This document shows positions 7,214 through 12,686 of a stretch of DNA of 12,686 bases, one piece after another. Every line of letters begins with the position of its first letter. Positions within the stretch are counted from its first letter, which is position 1. Source of the stretch: Gemmatimonadaceae bacterium. GTDB lineage: Bacteria > Gemmatimonadota > Gemmatimonadetes > Gemmatimonadales > Gemmatimonadaceae. The notes below the pieces were generated by a model. That model was not told the origin of the DNA, did not search any database, and saw only the letters and a list, made by a program, of their open reading frames with translations. The stretch lies in NCBI GenBank assembly GCA_040902005.1, contig JBBDYA010000081.1, positions 17,223 through 29,908 on the forward strand. Reading direction: 5' to 3'. The position numbers and the translations under genes are program-made.

Positions 7214-8236
7214 CTACAGCCCGACGCGGATACCCACCGAACCGTACACGCGTGACTTGTCCGCCGGATTGTCGTAGCTGTTGTACGTGAGAATGTCGCC
7301 ACCCGAGACCATGCCGGCGGTGCCGACCAGCTTGATCAGGAGCAGGTTCATGGAGAGGTCGACGAAGTAGTTGGTGCGCGTCACATTCGACGAAATGACG
7401 GGCGTGGTGATCGTCGCTTCCGCCGGCGCCGAGGCCGAAATGCTCGTCGAGGCTTTGTAGCTGTCCTGGCCAACGCCCGCCGCCACGCCGAAGAGCAACA
7501 GGCTCTTGCTCACCGTGAGTCGCCACGCGTTGGACTGGAGATCGAGATCGTTCACGGACATATCCGCGCCGCCCGAGCTGGTGGAGAGCGTGGTGACCGG
7601 GAACTTCCGGATCATGTAGCTGATGCCGACGCCCGGCACGACCAGCGACTCCTGCAGGAGCCCGACGCGGACGCCGTAGCCGAACGCCAGTGACTTGTCC
7701 GGGGTGATGTTGACGTTGTCGCCTTCGTACGTGGGGACGTACGCGGCGCTGAGCAGCAGGTCCACGCCGCCGACGTTCGACAGTGCGAGCGGAAAGCCCT
7801 TGAAGACGCCCACCGCGGCATCGAGGGCCGGGAGCGGCACGACCGATGTCTCCGTGGAGAGCTCGCGCGCGGCGGGCGTTGCAACCGGCAGCGGTTCAAA
7901 CGACGGTACGTTGCCCATCACCGCATTGACGCGCAGCCCGATGGCAAAGCGCGGCATGAGGCCGAGGCGCCGGCCGCCCATGCTGCCGCCCTGCGCGAGC
8001 GTGGTGTTGCCGCCCGTCATTGCGGTGCCCAACTGCGGCGCCATGTAGTGGAAGAAGTCCACGGCCTGCTGGCAGGCGTCGCCACTGAGGCCGGTACAGG
8101 AGGGTTGCGCCGTGCCTCCCCCGCCCTGCGCGTGCGCCGTGCCCGCGAATACGACTGAAACCAACGCGATGGCGATTGAGCTGCGCGCAAGATTGCCGTG
8201 GCGCGCTCGCTCACCTGCGGTTGAACGGAATCGCAT
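7214..8236 (-). CDS. Hypothetical exported protein, probable outer-membrane beta-barrel
   Basis: 340 aa. AGGAG Shine-Dalgarno 10 nt upstream of the ATG. Basic N-region, hydrophobic stretch and AHA|Q signal-peptidase-I site. Many alternating amphipathic segments (RFAIGLRVNAV, AFGYGVRVGLL, GVGISYMIRK, RTNYFVDLSMNL) and C-terminal RVYGSVGIRVGL. Fills the gap between purM and ribD. Confidence 0.75.
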   Translation of the reverse strand: MRFRSTAGERARHGNLARSSIAIALVSVVFAGTAHAQGGGGTAQPSCTGLSGDACQQAVDFFHYMAPQLGTAMTGGNTTLAQGGSMGGRRLGLMPRFAIGLRVNAVMGNVPSFEPLPVATPAARELSTETSVVPLPALDAAVGVFKGFPLALSNVGGVDLLLSAAYVPTYEGDNVNITPDKSLAFGYGVRVGLLQESLVVPGVGISYMIRKFPVTTLSTSSGGADMSVNDLDLQSNAWRLTVSKSLLLFGVAAGVGQDSYKASTSISASAPAEATITTPVISSNVTRTNYFVDLSMNLLLIKLVGTAGMVSGGDILTYNSYDNPADKSRVYGSVGIRVGL

Positions 8237-8237
8237 A

Positions 8238-9275
8238 CTAGAGTTTCTCCTGGTGCAGTAATACCTGGCCGCTGCCGCGTGTCACGCGACCGAGCGTCCA
8301 GGCAGATATGCCCGCGTCACGAGCGCTGTGTTTCACAGCGTCCGCATCCGAAGGACCGGTAATGACCACCATGCCGACACCCATGTTGAAGGTGCGGAAC
8401 ATTTCCTCTGTCGAAACAGCGCCCGCCCGCGCCAGCTGCTGAAACACGTTCGGGATCGTCCAGGTGGACGTATCCACCTCGGCGTCCAGATGCTCCGGCA
8501 ACGCACGGTTCAGATTGCCCGGCAGTCCGCCGCCGGTGATGTGCGCCATCGCGTGCACCCGCGGCAACACCGGCCGCAGCGCCTTCAGATAGGATGTGTG
8601 CACGCGCAAGAACACCTCTGCGACCGTGGCCGACTCGCCCGGGAAGGGATCATGCACCGCGAGCTTCATGCGTTCGCTCACGATGCGGCGAGCCAGGGAA
8701 TACCCGTTGGTGTGCAACCCACTGCTCTCGAGCGCCACCAGCTGGTCGCCCTCGACCACCCGCCGGGACCCAAGTACCGCATCTTCCTCCACATAACCGA
8801 CGATGAACCCTGCCACGTCGTAATCCGGAGGGGTATACACGCCGGGCATCTCGGCGGTTTCACCGCCACTCAGTGTACAGCCATTCTCCCTACATCCGCG
8901 AGTGACACCGGTCACAATCTGCTCGAGAGTTTCCGGGACCAGCTTCCCGAACCCCACGTAGTCGAGGAAGAACAGCGGCGCGGCCCCTTGCACCAGGATG
9001 TCGTCCACGCAGTGGTTCACCAGGTCGTGTCCCACGGTGTCGTGCCGGTTGGCCTCGATGGCGACCTTGAGCTTGGTGCCGACTCCGTCCGCCGACGACA
9101 CAAGCACCGGCCGTTTCGCATCTGTGGGCATCCGGAACATGCCGCCAAAGCCGCCGAATCCGCCCACCACGCCCGCGGTATAGGTGGATTCCACCAGTTT
9201 GCGGATCCGGTGCTTGGCGTCGTCCGCCGCGTCGATGCTGACGCCGGCGCCGGCATAGGTCATCTTGTCGGTCAT
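8238..9275 (-). CDS. purM: Phosphoribosylformylglycinamidine cyclo-ligase (AIR synthetase)
   Basis: TYAGAGVSID, GGFGGFGG, DGVGTKL, GGETAEMPG, SSGLHTNGYSL, HITGGGL and EMFRTFNMGVG motifs. Start ATG 9275, with 9263 as an alternative. Confidence 0.97.
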   Translation of the reverse strand: MTDKMTYAGAGVSIDAADDAKHRIRKLVESTYTAGVVGGFGGFGGMFRMPTDAKRPVLVSSADGVGTKLKVAIEANRHDTVGHDLVNHCVDDILVQGAAPLFFLDYVGFGKLVPETLEQIVTGVTRGCRENGCTLSGGETAEMPGVYTPPDYDVAGFIVGYVEEDAVLGSRRVVEGDQLVALESSGLHTNGYSLARRIVSERMKLAVHDPFPGESATVAEVFLRVHTSYLKALRPVLPRVHAMAHITGGGLPGNLNRALPEHLDAEVDTSTWTIPNVFQQLARAGAVSTEEMFRTFNMGVGMVVITGPSDADAVKHSARDAGISAWTLGRVTRGSGQVLLHQEKL

Positions 9276-9345
9276 TGGAGCCCCCCCCACACCCCTCCCC
9301 CTTCCGGCGCGCGTTTTCGCTTCCCGCTGCGTGCGTTGCGGCAGT

Positions 9346-10257
9346 TCACAGCTCGTCCTCGAACGCCACCAGGCGCCGGAACTCCGCGACGCGGGCCGCC
9401 AGCTGCGCGTCGTCCACCTCCAGCAGCCGCTCGATCGAGAATTTCTCCACGGCGAACGAGCCCATGGCGGACCCGTAGATCACCGCCCGCCGCAGGCTGG
9501 CCTCGCCCAGGTCCCCCGACCGCGCGAGATAGCCCATGAAGCCGCCCGCGAAGGAGTCGCCCGCGCCGGTGGGATCGAACACCTCCTCCAGGGGAAAGGC
9601 GGGGGCGAAGAACACCGTGCTGCCGGTGAACATGAACGCGCCGTGCTCGCCCTTCTTGATGATCACGAGTTTCGGGCCCTTAGCCATGATCCATCGCGCG
9701 GCCTTGATCAGGTTGTAGCAGTCGGTGAGCTGCCGCGCCTCGCCGTCGTTCAGGGTGATCGCGTCCACGTGCTCCAGCAACTTCACGAGATCCGGCCGGC
9801 GGCTCTCGATCCAGAAGTTCATGGTGTCGCAGGCCACGAGTTTCGGACGGTCCACCTGCGTGAGCACGTCGAGCTGCAGCCGGGGATCGATGTTGCCGAG
9901 AAAGACGAAGGGCGCCTTGCGAAACTGCGGTGGGATCTTCGGGTGAAAGTTCGAGAAGACGCCCAGGTGCGTTTCCAGGGTTTCCGCGGCATTCAGGTCG
10001 TGGCGGTAGCGGCCGCGCCAGCGGAACGAGCTGCCCTCCGCGCGTTCGAGGCCGGCGAAGTCCACGCCGCGTTTCGCGAGCGCGTCGAGCTTGTCCATGG
10101 GGTAGTCGCTGCCCACGACGCCCACCACCTGCACCGGCACGAGGTTGCTGGCCGACGCCGCGAAGAAGGTGGCGGAGCCGCCAAGGACGCTGCTGGCCTT
10201 GCCGAACGGCGTCTCGACGGAATCGAGCGCGACGGAACCGACGACGAGAAGTGACAT
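9346..10257 (-). CDS. PfkB/ribokinase-family carbohydrate or nucleoside kinase
   Basis: MSLLVVGSVALDSVETPFG...LGGSATFFA N-terminus, LNDGEA, IIKKGEHG and the anion-hole signature DPTGAGDSFAGG. ATG 10257 gives 303 aa. The substrate cannot be assigned from sequence. Confidence 0.92.
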   Translation of the reverse strand: MSLLVVGSVALDSVETPFGKASSVLGGSATFFAASASNLVPVQVVGVVGSDYPMDKLDALAKRGVDFAGLERAEGSSFRWRGRYRHDLNAAETLETHLGVFSNFHPKIPPQFRKAPFVFLGNIDPRLQLDVLTQVDRPKLVACDTMNFWIESRRPDLVKLLEHVDAITLNDGEARQLTDCYNLIKAARWIMAKGPKLVIIKKGEHGAFMFTGSTVFFAPAFPLEEVFDPTGAGDSFAGGFMGYLARSGDLGEASLRRAVIYGSAMGSFAVEKFSIERLLEVDDAQLAARVAEFRRLVAFEDEL

Positions 10258-10303
10258 TGGGGAGGGCGGGCTGAGGCGGGTAGTGAAGGTATTCGAACGG
10301 GTG

Positions 10304-11956
10304 TTACATGCGCTCGGGGGCGCTGATTCCCAGCAGCGCGAGCCCGTTCCGCAGGACGATCTGCGACGCGCGCGCGAGCACGAGTCGCGCCCGGGTGATC
10401 GGCTCGGGTTCGTTGAGCACGTGCGCCTTGTGATACCACAGGTGGGTCCGGCCGGCCAGGTCGTGCAGGTAGGTCGCCACGCGGTGCGGCTCCAGCGCGT
10501 CCGCGGCGCCCTGCACCAGCGCGGGAAAGTCCAGGAGCGACTTGAGGAGCTCCTGCTCTTCCGGCAGCGACAGCACGGAGAGGTCCACGTCGTCACCGGT
10601 GATGCTGCGCGCGTCGATCTCGCCCACGCGGAAGATGCCGGTTATCCGCGCGTGCGCCATCTGGATGTAGTAGACGGGATTCTCCTCGGACTGCGCCCGC
10701 GCGAGGTCCACGTCGAACACCAGCTGGGAATCGCCCTTGCGCATCAGGAAGAAGTACCGGACGGCGTCGCGGCCCACCTCGTCGATCAGGTCGCGCACGG
10801 TGACGTAGCTCCCGGCGCGTTTGGAGATCTTCACCTCCTCGCCGGCCCGCATCACCGTCACCATCTGATGCAGCACGTACTCGGGGTACCCCTCGGGGAT
10901 GCCGATGCCGAGCGCCTGGAGGCCCACGCGCACGCGCGTCACGGTGCTGTGGTGATCGGCTCCCTGCACGTTGATCGCGCGGGTGAAGCCGCGTTGCCAC
11001 TTGGTCACGTGATACGCGACGTCAGGAACGAAATACGTGGGCGCGCCTCCCTTGTCCGTGCTCCGGCGCACCACGCGGTCCTTGTCGTCGCCGTAGTCGG
11101 TGGTGCGCAGCCAGAGCGCGCCGTCCTGTTCGTACGTATGGCCGCCCGCCTGCAACAGCCGGATCGTCTCGTCCACCTTGCGTTCGGTGTAGAGCGACGA
11201 TTCGAGATAGTAGACGTCGAACCGCACGCCGAAGGCCTGGAGGTCGCGGTCCTGCTCCTTGCGCAGCTCCAGCACGGCGAACCGCTGCACCCCCTCGAGA
11301 TCCTCGGCGAACTGGTCGCTCGGATGCTCCTGCACGTACCGCTGGGCGATGTCGCGGATGTATTCGCCGTGGTATCCGCCCTCGGGAATCTCCGCGTCAC
11401 GCCCATGGAGCTGGCGCACGCGGGCCTGCACGCTGAGCGCAAGATGGTCGATCTGCGCGCCCGCGTCGTTGTAGTAGAACTCGCGCGTCACGGTGGACCC
11501 CCGCCACTCGAGGAGTGACGCGATCGCGTCTCCGAGCGCGGCCTGGCGGCCATGGCCCACGTGCAGCGGACCCGTGGGGTTGGCGGACACGAACTCCACG
11601 TTCACCGGGCGCGGATCGGTGGCGTGCCCGCGGCCGAACTGGTCGCCCGCGGCCACGAGCGTCGTGAGTCCGCGCGCGATGCGCTCCCCGGCGACGCGGA
11701 AGTTGATGAAGCCCGGCCCGGCGATGTCGGCGGCGGCGAGGCCGGCGCGCGCGTTGTCCAGTTCGCGCAGCAGCGCCTCCGCGATGGCGCGCGGCTTCTG
11801 CTTCAGCGGGCGCGCGAGCACCATCGCCGCGCTCGTGGCCCAGTCGCCGAACGCGGGATCGCGCGGACGCTCCAGCACGGGCTCGAAGTCGTCGGGCGCG
11901 CCGATCGCGCGCGCCGCGCGCGCCAGCTCCGCGCGCAGGTCGTCTTCCTGACTCAC
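10304..11956 (-). CDS. argS: Arginine--tRNA ligase
   Basis: [18 protein letters not shown] (HIGH-like), [40 protein letters not shown] and C-terminal [12 protein letters not shown] start at 11956 (GTGA overlap with the upstream stop) gives 550 aa. Confidence 0.97.
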   Translation of the reverse strand: MSQEDDLRAELARAARAIGAPDDFEPVLERPRDPAFGDWATSAAMVLARPLKQKPRAIAEALLRELDNARAGLAAADIAGPGFINFRVAGERIARGLTTLVAAGDQFGRGHATDPRPVNVEFVSANPTGPLHVGHGRQAALGDAIASLLEWRGSTVTREFYYNDAGAQIDHLALSVQARVRQLHGRDAEIPEGGYHGEYIRDIAQRYVQEHPSDQFAEDLEGVQRFAVLELRKEQDRDLQAFGVRFDVYYLESSLYTERKVDETIRLLQAGGHTYEQDGALWLRTTDYGDDKDRVVRRSTDKGGAPTYFVPDVAYHVTKWQRGFTRAINVQGADHHSTVTRVRVGLQALGIGIPEGYPEYVLHQMVTVMRAGEEVKISKRAGSYVTVRDLIDEVGRDAVRYFFLMRKGDSQLVFDVDLARAQSEENPVYYIQMAHARITGIFRVGEIDARSITGDDVDLSVLSLPEEQELLKSLLDFPALVQGAADALEPHRVATYLHDLAGRTHLWYHKAHVLNEPEPITRARLVLARASQIVLRNGLALLGISAPERM

Positions 11957-12450
11957 TCGGATCCGGGTTTCGCGCTCGATGACCCGGGCTTCGGGTGCGC
12001 CGGACCGGTGGCGGAGCCGCCGGACTTCGACCCCTGGCCACCGGCGGGTTTGCCTGCCTTGCCGCCCTCCGACCTCGCGCCTTCCGACTTGCTCCCTTCC
12101 GACTTGCTCCCTTCCGACTTGCCCCCTTCCGCCTTCCCGCCTTCCGCCTTGCCACCTTCCGCCTTGCCGCCTTCTGCTTTCCCGCCTTCTGCCTTCCCGC
12201 GTTCCGAGGCGCCCCCTTCGCCAGACGCGCCAGCCTTTCCCTCGGGCGCGGCGCCGCGATGGGCGTTCTTCCCGTAGTCCGTGAGGTAGAATCCGGAGCC
12301 CTTGAACACCAGGCCGGCGCCGCCAGACATCTGCCGCGCGCCGATGGCGCCGCATTCCGGACAGGGCAACTCCACCGCGGCGCTGCTCATGGTCTTGAAG
12401 AAGCGTTCAAAATCGTGCCCGTTCAGGCAGCGAAACTCGTATGTGGGCAC
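11953..12450 (-). CDS. FmdB-family zinc-ribbon protein with a low-complexity G/K/A/E/S tail
   Basis: MPTYEFRC..GH.FE...CPECG...[11 protein letters not shown], typical of FmdB/CxxC_CxxC_SSSS proteins. GTG start at 12450, 165 aa. Confidence 0.9.
   Translation of the reverse strand: MPTYEFRCLNGHDFERFFKTMSSAAVELPCPECGAIGARQMSGGAGLVFKGSGFYLTDYGKNAHRGAAPEGKAGASGEGGASERGKAEGGKAEGGKAEGGKAEGGKAEGGKSEGSKSEGSKSEGARSEGGKAGKPAGGQGSKSGGSATGPAHPKPGSSSAKPGSE
12064..12198 (-). repeat. Coding 15-bp tandem repeat, 9 units (GKAEG x5, [10 protein letters not shown] x2, ARSEG)
   Basis: Imperfect 15-nt periodicity on the + strand (e.g. CCCTTCCGACTTGCT repeated; GCCTTCCGCCTTGCC), matching pentapeptide repeats in the FmdB-like tail. 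Confidence 0.92.
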
Positions 12451-12504
12451 GTTCCATGATCCTTCGGTGAGACGCTCGCACTTCGGCGCGTGGGCGCCTG
12501 CTTC

Positions 12505-12510
12505 AATATA
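12505..12510 (-). promoter_or_regulatory. Candidate sigma70-type -10 element (TATATT) for the FmdB-argS transcript
   Basis: The only AT-rich hexamer in a GC-rich 111-bp intergenic gap, about 55 nt upstream of the GTG. There is no canonical -35 at 17-bp spacing (TTGTCA is only 7 nt away). Confidence 0.4.
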
Positions 12511-12561
12511 GGGCCGCTGACAATCCGGCCGCCCGCGCGTGGCGCCGCGCCGGCCAGGGCA

Positions 12562-12686
12562 TCAGCGCGCTGCGTCCGGGCGGTAGGACCCCCAGCGCGC
12601 GCGCAGCACGTTCGCGATTTCGCCCACGGACGCGCGCGCCCGCACGGCCTCGATGATGGGCGACATCAGCGATTCCGCCTTCTCGC
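12562..12686 (-). CDS. Methylmalonyl-CoA mutase-family protein (substrate-binding large subunit), C-terminal end (runs off the right edge)
   Basis: Manual translation: ...EKAESLMSPIIEAVRARASVGEIANVLRARWGSYRPDAAR*. Matches the LMP.IIEAV.A.AT.GEI...LR..(F/W)G.Y C-terminus of acyl-CoA mutase large subunits that lack a fused B12-binding domain. Confidence 0.8.
   Translation of the reverse strand, partial: EKAESLMSPIIEAVRARASVGEIANVLRARWGSYRPDAAR

Noticed and set aside
8853..8867. Hairpin GGCGGT-GAA-ACCGCC inside purM
   Set aside because: A by-product of encoding the invariant GGETA motif.
9305..9322. GCGAAAACG upstream of purM resembling a PurR box
   Set aside because: Only one half-site matches, and the other half (CGCGCC) breaks the palindrome. 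The 70-nt gap also shows no recognisable purine or ZTP riboswitch.
12520..12560. GC-rich potential stem after the mutase stop as a terminator
   Set aside because: Pairing is irregular and expected at this GC content, and there is no poly-U tail.

Overview
A high-GC housekeeping region. All 15 recognisable genes (13 complete, 2 cut by the window edges) lie on the minus strand and most are translationally coupled. In transcription order (right to left): 3' end of a methylmalonyl-CoA-mutase-family gene; FmdB-type zinc-ribbon protein with a pentapeptide-repeat tail; argS; PfkB/ribokinase-family kinase; purM; an uncharacterised signal-peptide-bearing probable outer-membrane beta-barrel protein; ribD, ribE, ribBA, ribH, nusB; a GT4 glycosyltransferase; hprK; and mannose-family PTS IIA, IIB and the start of IIC. 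Composition and gene content suggest a diderm such as Gemmatimonadota (inference from recalled gene order, not verified). I see no mobile element gene, CRISPR array, RNA gene or clearly new multi-gene system. The best candidates for a second look are an 83-bp REP/MITE-like palindrome built from 9-bp units between ribBA and ribH, the orphan beta-barrel gene coupled between purM and the rib genes, the HprK plus complete Man-PTS module, a low-GC patch inside purM with a CRP-like site, and atypical residues in RibBA and RibD. Several starts differ from the ORF track because that track extends ORFs to the furthest upstream start.
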